From contig JAEZIB010000155.1 in assembly GCA_023416275.1 (NCBI GenBank), positions 7,260-71,259 of the forward strand: DNA of 64,000 nucleotides, written 5' to 3'. Below are positions 9,750 to 19,165 of the stretch, piece after piece (within the stretch, counting starts at the first letter, position 1; every line of letters begins with the position of its first letter). The translations under genes and the position numbers were made by a program. The DNA comes from Bacillota bacterium (GTDB taxonomy: Bacteria; Bacillota; Clostridia; Acetivibrionales; DSM-1351). Under the pieces are notes generated by a model, which was not told the origin of the DNA, ran no database searches, and saw only the letters and a program-made list of their open reading frames with translations.

Positions 9750-10052
9750 TAATAAGAAAGATATTTTTAAAAATTATGATGATTTTTTTACAAAATACTG
9801 CATTTTTATTGACCGATAGTCAACATAATAACAATTTACATCTCATCAGTTCCAATTTGTATTGGTATTTTACTATCTCAATTCAATATATGAAGTCTCA
9901 TTTATAAAGTTGTATTTTTATTTTGATAGTTGAAATTTATAGTAGGGCTTTTGCTGAACGGATAAGAACAATAAATTGAAAATTATAAAGGTACAATTAA
10001 ATGGTACAGCCTGTATTTAATCAAGAGTATCTATTTAACATTTTGAGCTTTG

Positions 10053-11177
10053 CTATAAGCACATTTCAAATATCTTACCTGGCTGTTGTGTAATAATACC
10101 TTTCATTTCTAACATAAATAAAAGATTATTAACTTCCTTTGCTGAAATATTGCTTCTTTCAATAATTTCATCAATTTGGTGGATTCCATTAGATATAATT
10201 TTTACTATACGAATTTCCTCAGTATTCAGACCTTTGAATATACTGAAATTTCTATTTCGACATGATTTAGATATATTATTTTTTGTTATATTATTATTAA
10301 TTATTTCTCCATATTGGAATTCCTCCAAAATATCTTCAACATTTATAACCATTTTAGCTCCGTCTTTAATCAGTTGATTTGTACCATTACTATATGCAGA
10401 ATCTATATTTCCAGGCACAGCAAAAACCTCTCTTCCTTGTTCTAAAGCATAACTGACCGTAATTAGTGAGCCACTTCTTCTGGCAGCCTCTACGACCAAT
10501 ACTCCAGATGAAATACCACTGATTATTCTGTTTCTTGCAGGAAAATTATGTTGAAGTGGCGGCATACCAGGTGGGTATTCAGATATGATTAAGCCTTCGG
10601 ATTTGATTATATTTTCAAAGAGACCTTTATTTTCTGGTGGATATATACTATCAAGCCCACAGCCTAAAACAGCTATAGTTTTGCCATTGGCATCTAGGCA
10701 TCCTTCATGGGCGATCCTATCTATTCCCCTTGCTAGACCGCTGACAATTTGAATACCTCGTAGTGCCAGTTGATATGATAGGGTTTTGGCAGAATGAGCA
10801 CCATAATTTGTTGTTCTTCTTGAGCCTACAATTGCTATAGCAAAGTCATTGATTTGGAACTTACCCATATAATATAAAGCAATTGGCGGATCATATATTT
10901 GCTTGAGATTATTTGGATATCTTTCATCAAATATGTTTAGCAATTTTATATTATGTTTGACCATTAGGCTATAAATCACAGCTACTCGTTCTCTTTTCTG
11001 AACATCTAATATTTCCTTAATATTCTTAGCCGTTAAGAAATTTGTTTCTTTTAGCTCTTGTTCTGTCATAAAATATATAGTCCTTGGTACTTTATAAATC
11101 TGAAGAAGTGCCATTGCCTTAACAGCGCCTAGCCCTTGTAATGAGGACATCCAAATCCAATATTCTATTTCCTTCAT
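10053..11177 (-). CDS. dprA: DNA processing protein DprA (Smf)
   Basis: 374 aa with the DprA Rossmann-like core (SGLARGIDRIAHEG, VVEAARRSGSLIT) and a C-terminal winged-helix-like part. Confidence 0.93.
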   Translation of the reverse strand: MKEIEYWIWMSSLQGLGAVKAMALLQIYKVPRTIYFMTEQELKETNFLTAKNIKEILDVQKRERVAVIYSLMVKHNIKLLNIFDERYPNNLKQIYDPPIALYYMGKFQINDFAIAIVGSRRTTNYGAHSAKTLSYQLALRGIQIVSGLARGIDRIAHEGCLDANGKTIAVLGCGLDSIYPPENKGLFENIIKSEGLIISEYPPGMPPLQHNFPARNRIISGISSGVLVVEAARRSGSLITVSYALEQGREVFAVPGNIDSAYSNGTNQLIKDGAKMVINVEDILEEFQYGEIINNNITKNNISKSCRNRNFSIFKGLNTEEIRIVKIISNGIHQIDEIIERSNISAKEVNNLLFMLEMKGIITQQPGKIFEMCL

Positions 11178-11426
11178 ACTAACCTCCTACGCCCCTTCTT
11201 GGGTATAAAAATAATGTGAAACAATTGGTGGAGTATTTTTTACTGCACATTCTTTATATGAAACCCACACTAGCAAAAACCCACTTTGTGGGTTTTTGTT
11301 GCTCGAAAAAGCACAATGTTCGCACAGATTTTGTTTTCGAAGCTCGAAAAAGCACAATGTTCGTACAAACTTTGTTTTCGAGGCTCGAAAAAGCACAATG
11401 TTCGTACAAACTTTGTTTTCGAGCTG
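11178..11426 (-). repeat. family-A composite: hairpin+SD module, AATGTG..CACATT pair, terminator-like hairpin and 3 tandem 41-nt palindromic units
   Basis: SD module at 11178-11212. AATGTG (11213-18) and CACATT (11246-51) form an inverted pair. AAAAACCCACTTTGTGGGTTTTT lies at about 11274-11296. Three units of GCTCGAAAAAGCACAATGTTCG(T/C)ACA.A.TTTGTTTTCGA(G/A) span 11301-11424. This fills the whole comM-dprA spacer. Confidence 0.85.
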
Positions 11427-11429
11427 TTC

Positions 11430-12959
11430 TCACAATTTTATTCTGTCAAAGCTTCTATACTGTATTGCCTCGGCAATATGCTCAGATTTTATTGATTCAG
11501 CTTCATCCATGTCTGCAATTGTTCTTGCAACCTTCAGTATCCTATTATGGGCTCGTGCACTAAGACCGAGCTTGTCGAATGCCTTCTTTAATAAATTTGA
11601 GGTATACCTGTCCAGTTCACAGTATTTTTTTATTAATGAAGGATACAGTTCTGAATTTGAATAAATCCCTAAACCTCTGTATCTATCAAGTTGTATATTC
11701 CTAGCTCTATTTACTCTTTCACGAATAACTGCAGAAGATTCTTCTGTTTCTTTTTTTGCCAAATCATCATATTTTACAGGATGCACCTCTGCATGAATAT
11801 CAATTCTATCTAAAAGGGGTTGACTTAGCTTACCAAAATATTGTTGAACCATCTTGGGCGTACAATTACATTTTTTAGAAGGCTCTAAATAATAGCCGCA
11901 TTTACATGGATTTGCAGCACATATTAATGTTGTTTTTGTTGGAAATGTAATACTGCTGTTTAACCTTGATATACATATTTCACCATCCTCTAAAGGCTGT
12001 CGCAATACCTCAATAGCTTCCTTGCTAAACTCAGGAAACTCGTCTAGAAATAAAACCCCATAATGTGCCAGAGTAACCTCTCCTGGCTTAATATGCTTCC
12101 CACCACCCACTAGCGATATATCTGATATAGTATGATGGGGACTTCTAAAGGGTCTCGTTGTAATTAAAGAGGTCTTTTGAGGCAGCAGCCCTGAAACACT
12201 ATATATTTTTGTTATTTCAAGTGCCTCTTCAAAGGTCATCTTGGGTAGTATTGTGGGAAGCCTCTTTGCAAGCATGGTTTTTCCACTTCCTGGTGCTCCA
12301 ATCATTAACAGATTATGTGCTCCGCAAGCTGCAACTTCCATTGCTCTCTTAACACTGGCCTGTCCTTTTACATCACAAAAATCTATAGAAGCATTAATAC
12401 TATTAATAAAAAGACTGTCAATATCCACAGTATATGGAGTTATTAGCTCTTCTCCGTTTAGATGCATAATAATAGACATAAGTGTTTTAACAGGTAAAAT
12501 ATTTACATCTTTAATTACAGCTGCTTCATCAGCATTTGATTCAGGAACAAATATGTTTTTTATTCCATTAGCAGCAGCACAGCTTGCCATTGAAAGTATA
12601 CCTGCAACAGCTTTAATCCCTCCATCTAAAGAAAGCTCCCCCAAAAACATATAGTTATCCAATTGGTTATTGACTATCGTCTCAGATGCAGTCAAAATCC
12701 CTATAGCAATTGATACATCATAAACTGACCCCTCCTTTCTCAGATTTGCAGGAGCTAAATTTATTGTTATTCTCCTTATCGGAAATTCAACTCCACTATT
12801 TTTAATGGCAGCTCGTACCCTCTCACGTGATTCTCTGACGGCAGTATCTCCCAGGCCTACAATATCAAAGACTGGTATTCCGTTACTGATATCTGTTTCT
12901 ACAGAAACTATTCGTCCGTCAATTCCCATTAACGCACAACTGTTAATTTTTGATACCAT
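11430..12959 (-). CDS. comM: YifB/ComM family Mg-chelatase-like AAA+ protein
   Basis: 509 aa with a Lon-like N-domain, Walker A GAPGSGKT and a ChlI-type C-terminal part. Confidence 0.9.
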   Translation of the reverse strand: MVSKINSCALMGIDGRIVSVETDISNGIPVFDIVGLGDTAVRESRERVRAAIKNSGVEFPIRRITINLAPANLRKEGSVYDVSIAIGILTASETIVNNQLDNYMFLGELSLDGGIKAVAGILSMASCAAANGIKNIFVPESNADEAAVIKDVNILPVKTLMSIIMHLNGEELITPYTVDIDSLFINSINASIDFCDVKGQASVKRAMEVAACGAHNLLMIGAPGSGKTMLAKRLPTILPKMTFEEALEITKIYSVSGLLPQKTSLITTRPFRSPHHTISDISLVGGGKHIKPGEVTLAHYGVLFLDEFPEFSKEAIEVLRQPLEDGEICISRLNSSITFPTKTTLICAANPCKCGYYLEPSKKCNCTPKMVQQYFGKLSQPLLDRIDIHAEVHPVKYDDLAKKETEESSAVIRERVNRARNIQLDRYRGLGIYSNSELYPSLIKKYCELDRYTSNLLKKAFDKLGLSARAHNRILKVARTIADMDEAESIKSEHIAEAIQYRSFDRIKL

Positions 12960-12986
12960 TTAATATCCTCTTTTCATTTATTATTG

Positions 12987-13103
12987 ACTCAACTTTTCCA
13001 TATAAAAGTCTATTGGTGCTCAAACTTATCAATGGTTTGTTGCATTTATCTTTTTATTTGATAGAGCTCCTACACTTACATTTTTAAACTGTAAAAGTTG
13101 AGT
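12987..13103. repeat. family-B MITE-like element (117 bp)
   Basis: Terminal inverted repeats ACTCAACTTTTCCA and CTGTAAAAGTTGAGT. The core TCAAACTTATCAATGGTTTGTTGC is shared with copies at 40860, 48021 and 55500. Confidence 0.75.
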
Positions 13104-13954
13104 TATTGAGATAATCTAATATTAAGAAATTTTAACTTGATATGATAAAAGACAGATTTACATAGATAGGCTATATTAAATAATTTTTAGTTTGAGCAAA
13201 CTTTGCTTAATTGATAAATGAATTATAAAAAATAGAAAGATAACTATAAGATAGGATAAATATATCAATCACCAATTGATGCTTTGCACCGAATATGCAG
13301 ACACCCACTGCATCTAACATCATTAGCAATCCTTTGTTTCATCACTGCATTTAGGACAATTTGAAATGAAAATTCATATTTTATGTGTAAATTAAAGCAT
13401 TTCTTGTACATCAATTTATCTAGTTTTTAACATGAATTTCACGAAAGCAAGAGGATATAAAACAATATAAAATCCAAGTAATTTGAATAAGAAAATATGC
13501 TCATACGTTTGATTACCAGCAATTAACTATATAAATTGAGCTGGTAATATAAAACAATTAGTTATTAAGGTGTATGAACTGATATAGATAAAATTTCTTT
13601 TCAGTAAAGATCATTATTATTATTCTTAGTACTTTGAAATAATATTGAAGAAAACAGCTAGAAATAGACAAAATTCAATAGGTAAAAATAGATTTTTTAA
13701 CACAATATGGATTATATCATAAAATAATTTAAAAATCACCTGTTTTTACATAAAATAATAAAAAGCTGCAAGCAAGAAGCATGCTCTTTTTAACAGTTTT
13801 ATTCTAACACATCTTTAAAGTCACTTTTGGTTTTTGTGGCTAAACCTTCATTTGTCAGTACCGCTGACGACAAAATATTACACCCTCTAATAAGCACACA
13901 AAAAAGCCCATCTTAAGCAGGCTGTATAGAACTCTTATGCAATTTGCTTTACCC

Positions 13955-14425
13955 TTATTCTTTGTCCTTTTTGTCGTCTCTCAATAAATTTTTCAATTCA
14001 TCCATAAAAGTATTTATATCTTTAAATTGTCTATAAACCGAAGCAAACCTGACATATGCAACTTCGTCCATGGTCTTCAGCTTTGACATTACCATTTCCC
14101 CTATATATTCAGTAGTCACTTCTCTTTGCAAGGAATTATGTAACTGCGTCTCAATACCTTCTACCATTTTTTCCAAATCATTTATAGATATAGGCCTCTT
14201 TTCACATGCCCTTAATAATCCATTCATAAGCTTTTCTCTATCAAAAGGCTGTCTTGACCTATCTTTTTTTATTACCATTAATGGCAAACTCTCAACCTTT
14301 TCATATGTAGTAAATCTTTTAGCGCATTTTGTGCACTCTCTTCTTCTTCGAATAGCAGAACCTTCATCTGTAGGCCTTGAATCAATAACCTTGTCCTCAA
14401 TAAAACCACAAAATGGACACTTCAT
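13955..14425 (-). CDS. nrdR: transcriptional repressor NrdR
   Basis: Zn ribbon (MKCPFCG...CTKC) plus an ATP-cone. Start moved to the MKCPFCG ATG at 14425 (GGAGG N5 upstream). Confidence 0.93.
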   Translation of the reverse strand: MKCPFCGFIEDKVIDSRPTDEGSAIRRRRECTKCAKRFTTYEKVESLPLMVIKKDRSRQPFDREKLMNGLLRACEKRPISINDLEKMVEGIETQLHNSLQREVTTEYIGEMVMSKLKTMDEVAYVRFASVYRQFKDINTFMDELKNLLRDDKKDKE

Positions 14426-14639
14426 TTTAACCTCCACATTTTCCTGCAACCATATAATTTATATGGAAACAGGGTAAATTTTCATAAACTCATTTTACCT
14501 CATATAAGAAGCTTTGTACACCTTCATTTACACATAATTTAAAATAAATGGAATATGCTCCTTTTGCAGTAGAACAAGCTATCTATTACATTAAGGAGCA
14601 TATTAAAACATACCATATTCTTTTTTCAGTGTTTTTATG

Positions 14640-15413
14640 TTATATATATTTCTTCATATGCATTAATGCTGTCTTTTCCAATCTTGATACCTGTGCTTGT
14701 GAAATACCGATTTCATCAGCAACCTCCATCTGCGTTCTTCCATCGAAAAACCTCAAATTTAAAATTAGCTTTTCTCTATCGTTTAATTTTCTCATTGCTT
14801 CTTTTAAGGTTATAGTCTCAAGCCAGTTTTCGTCAATGTTTTTCTCATCCTTAACTTGATCCATTACAAAAATTGCATCTCCACCATCATGGTATACTGA
14901 TTCAAAAAGTGATATTGGGTCTTGAATCGCATCTAGAGCAAATACTACATCCTCCTTTGGCAACTGAAGCTCCTCTGCTAATTGAGCAATTGTAGGCTCT
15001 TTTGAGTTTTTTGTTGTAAGTCTTTCCTTAGCCTGCAAAGCTTTATAAGCAATATCTCTTAGTGAGCGGCTTACTCTGATGGAATTATTGTCTCTTAAAT
15101 ATCTGCGAATTTCTCCAATTATCATGGGTACTGCATAGGTAGAGAACTTTACATTGTGTGATACGTCGAAGTTATCTATTGCTTTAATTAATCCAATGCA
15201 TCCCACTTGAAATAAATCATCTACATACTCTCCCCTGTTATTAAATCTCTGAATCACGCTCAATACAAGGCGAAGATTTCCCTTTATAAACTCATCTCTT
15301 GCCGAATTATCGCCCTTATGCATTCTTTCAAAAAGTACTTTTTTCTGTTCATTTGTCAAAACAGGAAGTTTTGAAGTATTAACACCACATATTTCAACTT
15401 TATTGATAAGCAT
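14640..15413 (-). CDS. sigG: sporulation sigma factor SigG
   Basis: Sigma-70 regions 2-4 with a SigG-type N-terminus MLINKVEICGVNTSKLPVL. It follows sigE, as in all endospore formers. Start at 15413 (GGGAGG N7). Confidence 0.92.
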   Translation of the reverse strand: MLINKVEICGVNTSKLPVLTNEQKKVLFERMHKGDNSARDEFIKGNLRLVLSVIQRFNNRGEYVDDLFQVGCIGLIKAIDNFDVSHNVKFSTYAVPMIIGEIRRYLRDNNSIRVSRSLRDIAYKALQAKERLTTKNSKEPTIAQLAEELQLPKEDVVFALDAIQDPISLFESVYHDGGDAIFVMDQVKDEKNIDENWLETITLKEAMRKLNDREKLILNLRFFDGRTQMEVADEIGISQAQVSRLEKTALMHMKKYI

Positions 15414-15450
15414 ATAAAAACCTCCCGAGCTATAATAACTTTGTAATATC

Positions 15451-15478
15451 ATTATTGCCCTAGAGGTTTATTTTATAC
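15451..15478 (-). promoter_or_regulatory. candidate forespore (SigF/SigG-type) promoter of sigG
   Basis: Minus strand reads GTATA-N14-GGCAATAAT about 40 nt upstream of the start. This resembles the GYATA / GGnnAnAnT forespore consensus. The match was made by eye only. Confidence 0.35.
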
Positions 15479-15546
15479 TGTTAAATCAATTAAATATTTT
15501 TCTTAAACACCTTGACAAACCTGCATCTTAAGCCTAAGACAGTTAT

Positions 15547-16278
15547 TTAAGTCATTCTGCTGATTTCCTTTTTTAACCTGCTTATTATCCTTTTTTCTAA
15601 TCTTGATATGTAAGATTGTGATATCCCCAGCATATCTGCCACCTCTTTTTGAGTCTTTTCCACCTCATTAGAAAGCCCAAATCGCAACTCCATTATCCGC
15701 TTCTCTCTTGATGACAATTTTTTCATAGCCATATTAAGTAATTCTTTATCAACTTCTTCTTCAAGACTTCTATGAATAAGATCATTTTCAGTACCTAAAA
15801 TATCTGACAAAAGCAATTCATTTCCATCCCAGTCAATATTTAAAGGCTCGTCAATTGAAATTTCAGACTTAACTCTATTATTTCTCCTCAGGTACATTAG
15901 TATTTCATTTTCGATACATCTTGATGCATAAGTTGCAAGTTTAATATTTTTTGAAGGATTAAAGGTATTTATTGCTTTAATTAAACCAATAGTTCCAATT
16001 GATACCAAATCCTCAACACCTACACCTGTATTTTCAAATTTTCTTGCGATATATACTACTAATCTTAAATTTCTTTCTATCAGAATACTTTTAACAGCGT
16101 AATCGCTCTGTTCAAGCTTTTGCAGCAAGTAGGTTTCTTCATCCAAAGTCAAGGGAGGTGGTAATGCCTCACTACCTCCAATGTAGTGAACCGGAAAAAA
16201 ACCTCCTAGTTTAAATTTCCTCAAAATATTCTCATACTTAATAAGAATAAACATCTTTATCTTAACTAAAAATTTCAT
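15547..16278 (-). CDS. sigE: sporulation sigma factor SigE (pro-sigma-E)
   Basis: Pro-sequence [10 protein letters not shown]...[13 protein letters not shown] followed by sigma-70 regions. It sits downstream of spoIIGA. Confidence 0.92.
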   Translation of the reverse strand: MKFLVKIKMFILIKYENILRKFKLGGFFPVHYIGGSEALPPPLTLDEETYLLQKLEQSDYAVKSILIERNLRLVVYIARKFENTGVGVEDLVSIGTIGLIKAINTFNPSKNIKLATYASRCIENEILMYLRRNNRVKSEISIDEPLNIDWDGNELLLSDILGTENDLIHRSLEEEVDKELLNMAMKKLSSREKRIMELRFGLSNEVEKTQKEVADMLGISQSYISRLEKRIISRLKKEISRMT

Positions 16279-16377
16279 TTCCTGTTCTCCCTTCTGATTT
16301 TGAACTAACTTATATGTATTCGGGGTAAAATAATCCTCCACTGTACATATATCCTGTTAACATTAAATTGATATCTG

Positions 16378-17289
16378 TCATGCAACAAGCTCCGGACCAA
16401 GCAATGCCTTATACTTTTCATTTCTTGACAATGACCTGTTATATATTCCTACAATAACATTTTTTATGCCTCTTTTATCGTCCTCGCCACCTATCTCTAT
16501 AAAATCTGGTTTGAAACCAATTAGCATACCATTTTCTTTTCCCAGTGAACAAAATGGAATCAGCCTGAATCTCGAAAACCATTTTGACTTAGATATTATT
16601 GTTGTCACATAATTCAGATCATCTTCTTGAGCTCCATCAAATATACTCTTAATTTCTTGAGGCAAAAGCTCTTTTAAAGCTTTAAATTCAACTACCATAA
16701 CAGGTATATTAGTAAGAGGATCTCGTAACGAATTACCAGTATCTACTAACGCCGACAAATCAATTGCTCTATTATCAAAGGATATTTTAACAGGCACCAG
16801 CAAATTTTCCTTTGTTAGTCTGCTCTGAATAACCTCCAAAAATATCTTTACTATTATTCCAACTGTAATAATAGAAAATACCAGCATACTCCATTGCGAT
16901 TGTCCAAAAACGCATACAATTCCATTTCTCACAAAACCGCCCTGATGTCCGAAAAACAGAAATGCAAATGCAGCTCCTGCGAAAATAAATGTTGAAATGT
17001 AGAATATAGCTAAAGTTCTAATAAACTGCAACACCTTACGAGGCGAGAACGTTATAGCTACTATAAACATAGAAAGCAGTATTTTAGCAATAGTCGTGTA
17101 GTATACTTCTAAGTCAGGCTGCAGAATTATAAATCCCACATATAGAGCTCCGATAATAGACCCAGCTAATAAACGTAAGGTGCTCACCCTTAACCTTGAA
17201 AGTTTTGCCGTTACTAATAATATTAGAAAATTAATAACGAAATTTTCTAAAACAAGAACATCCCAATAAACCTCCAAATAAGTCCCCAC
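16378..17289 (-). CDS. spoIIGA: sigma-E processing peptidase SpoIIGA
   Basis: 303 aa with 5 N-terminal TM helices and a C-terminal aspartic protease part (LVDTGNSLRDPLT). GTG start. It lies between ftsZ and sigE. Confidence 0.88.
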   Translation of the reverse strand: MGTYLEVYWDVLVLENFVINFLILLVTAKLSRLRVSTLRLLAGSIIGALYVGFIILQPDLEVYYTTIAKILLSMFIVAITFSPRKVLQFIRTLAIFYISTFIFAGAAFAFLFFGHQGGFVRNGIVCVFGQSQWSMLVFSIITVGIIVKIFLEVIQSRLTKENLLVPVKISFDNRAIDLSALVDTGNSLRDPLTNIPVMVVEFKALKELLPQEIKSIFDGAQEDDLNYVTTIISKSKWFSRFRLIPFCSLGKENGMLIGFKPDFIEIGGEDDKRGIKNVIVGIYNRSLSRNEKYKALLGPELVA

Positions 17290-17439
17290 TGTGCATACCC
17301 CGCAAATTGTTAAAATAGATTGTACAATACTTTAGTTACTATATTACTATTATTCAAACTTTTCTAATTTTATGCTTGTAAACTATGTCTTTGTGCTTCT
17401 ATTTTGCAAGCTTTAAATTTATTTAACTATGAACTATAT

Positions 17440-17496
17440 ACTCAACTTTCCATTGATAAGTCAAACACCTGCAATTTTTAACTGAGAAAGTTGAGT
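17440..17496. repeat. family-B element, short form (57 bp, termini only)
   Basis: ACTCAACTTTCCA ... CTGAGAAAGTTGAGT inverted termini within the 610-bp ftsZ-spoIIGA spacer. Confidence 0.65.
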
Positions 17497-17898
17497 TATT
17501 TACTTGTATGCAGTAATCCTGTATCACATATGTAATACATTTGTTATGGCATATTTAGATTATACTTAGCGTGCTAACAGAAGTTTGTCAAAATGAAATG
17601 TAGAAAAAGAAATATCGTATGACAAAATAGCATTGCATGTGACTAAACAGTGCAAATTGGTTAACTATTATTGCATATGGCTATTTTAAAACATATTATG
17701 CTGATAATAGCAGTCAAGGTATGAGTTTTTTCCAATAAAACAGGGACCTAACAGAAATAAAATTCTATATAAGTCCCATATTCTCTAAATAATATTTATT
17801 TAATTTGTTAATATATCTATTTTTATAGCCAATAGTTATTACCCTTTTGTATTCTTCTTTAGTCTTTTAAAGCTTATAACTCTTGGTATAAAATGATA

Positions 17899-19023
17899 TT
17901 ATTTAAATCTATTGCGTCTTAAAAAAGTAGGTATGTCAAGCTCATTATCAGGCGAGACAGCATTTGAATTGCTCTTCTCAACATTTGAAGTATAACTGCT
18001 TTCAGGTGTTGCTTGGACTGATGCTTGCTTTGGCTTTTCAGCAGGCTTATCGAATTTCTTTAATACAGGTCCACTCTCAAAACCAGTAGCAATAACAGTT
18101 ATCATCAATTCATCAGTCATAGTTTCATCAATAACTGCACCAAATATAATATTTGCCTCAGGATCAGCTGACTTTTGCACTAATTCAGCGGCAGTATTAA
18201 CCTCAAATAACCCCATATCGGGTCCACCTGTAATATTAACTAAAACTCTCCTTGCACCTTCTATTGATGTTTCTAAAAGAGGACTGGAAATAGCTAGCTT
18301 AGCTGCATCTTCAGCTCTGTTTTCCCCTGAAGCTCTACCCACGCCCATATGCGCCAAACCAGAACTTAGCATTATTGTCTTCACGTCAGCAAAGTCCAAA
18401 TTTACCAAACCTGGAACAGCTATAAGGTCAGAGATACCTTGTACACCTTGACGTAATACATCATCAGCCATTCTAAATGCCTCTACCATTGTAGTGCGCT
18501 TTTCTACAACTTGCAGCAATCTGTCATTAGGAATAGTAACAAGGGAATCTACAGTATTTTTAAGGTTTTCAATACCTCTCTCTGCATGCTGCATACGGGT
18601 TCTGCTCTCAAATATAAAAGGTTTTGTAACTACAGCAACTGTTAAAATCCCCATTTCTCTAGCAATCTGCGCAACCACAGGAGCAGCACCTGTTCCTGTT
18701 CCACCACCCATACCAGCAGTAACAAATACCATATCTGCACCTTTTATGGCTTGAGTGATTTCATCTCTACTTTCATTAGCTGCTTTTTCTCCGATTTCGG
18801 GATTAGCACCTGCACCAAGACCCTTTGTAAGCTTATCACCTATTTGAATCTTTGTATTGGCTTTCGATAAAAATAAAGCCTGTTTATCTGTATTTATAGC
18901 AATGAAATCAACACCCCTTAGTCCGGCATCTATCATGCGGTTAACGGCGTTGTTTCCACCTCCACCACAACCAACAACCTTTATTTGGGCAAAATGATCC
19001 ATATCAATTTCAAAATCTAGCAA
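17899..19023 (-). CDS. ftsZ: cell division protein FtsZ
   Basis: Tubulin signature [10 protein letters not shown], 374 aa. TTG start with GGGGGA 7 nt upstream. Confidence 0.96.
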   Translation of the reverse strand: MLDFEIDMDHFAQIKVVGCGGGGNNAVNRMIDAGLRGVDFIAINTDKQALFLSKANTKIQIGDKLTKGLGAGANPEIGEKAANESRDEITQAIKGADMVFVTAGMGGGTGTGAAPVVAQIAREMGILTVAVVTKPFIFESRTRMQHAERGIENLKNTVDSLVTIPNDRLLQVVEKRTTMVEAFRMADDVLRQGVQGISDLIAVPGLVNLDFADVKTIMLSSGLAHMGVGRASGENRAEDAAKLAISSPLLETSIEGARRVLVNITGGPDMGLFEVNTAAELVQKSADPEANIIFGAVIDETMTDELMITVIATGFESGPVLKKFDKPAEKPKQASVQATPESSYTSNVEKSNSNAVSPDNELDIPTFLRRNRFK

Positions 19024-19165
19024 AGTAAATCCCCCTTTAGCTTTGGTAATAAAACTTTATTATAAATGCTGTAAATTATCACTTTCATATGACCTTAAAA
19101 AACTATAAAAATACATATTAATAATATATTATAAATTTAAATTAGGCAAGTTTAGATTTTATTGC

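Noticed and set aside
9722-9907. 61-aa plus-strand ORF upstream of the patatin gene, and the 70-aa minus-strand ORF at 42749..42961.
   Set aside because: Both are extremely AT-rich with Ile/Leu/Asn/Tyr-dominated translations and no SD. They lie in promoter or spacer DNA and are most likely non-coding.
11301-11424. Possible CRISPR array (regular 41-nt repeats).
   Set aside because: The units are contiguous with no unique spacers between them. There are only three units, they are internally palindromic along their whole length, and no cas genes are present. Dispersed single copies occur elsewhere. This is REP-like behaviour, not CRISPR.
11187-11664. Four overlapping six-frame ORFs (69-122 aa) in the dprA-comM spacer with repetitive translations (ARKSTMFVQTLFS...).
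   Set aside because: They are read straight through the three tandem 41-nt palindromic units, so the repetitive peptide is a by-product of the DNA repeat. They have no SD and they overlap the comM 3' end. The same applies to 38621..38857 and 48122..48427.
13290-13370. A 25-codon Cys-rich minus-strand mini-ORF (MKQRIANDVRCSGCLHIRCKASIGD) in the comM-nrdR gap.
   Set aside because: It has no SD and no recognisable peptide family or partner genes. It is indistinguishable from a random small ORF.
17584-17626. Spo0A-box-like inverted pair TTTGTCA...TGACAAA upstream of spoIIGA.
   Set aside because: Each half has at least one mismatch to TGTCGAA. They lie about 300 nt from the start codon, and such A/T-rich heptamers are expected by chance in this spacer. 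This is not enough to call a Spo0A operator.
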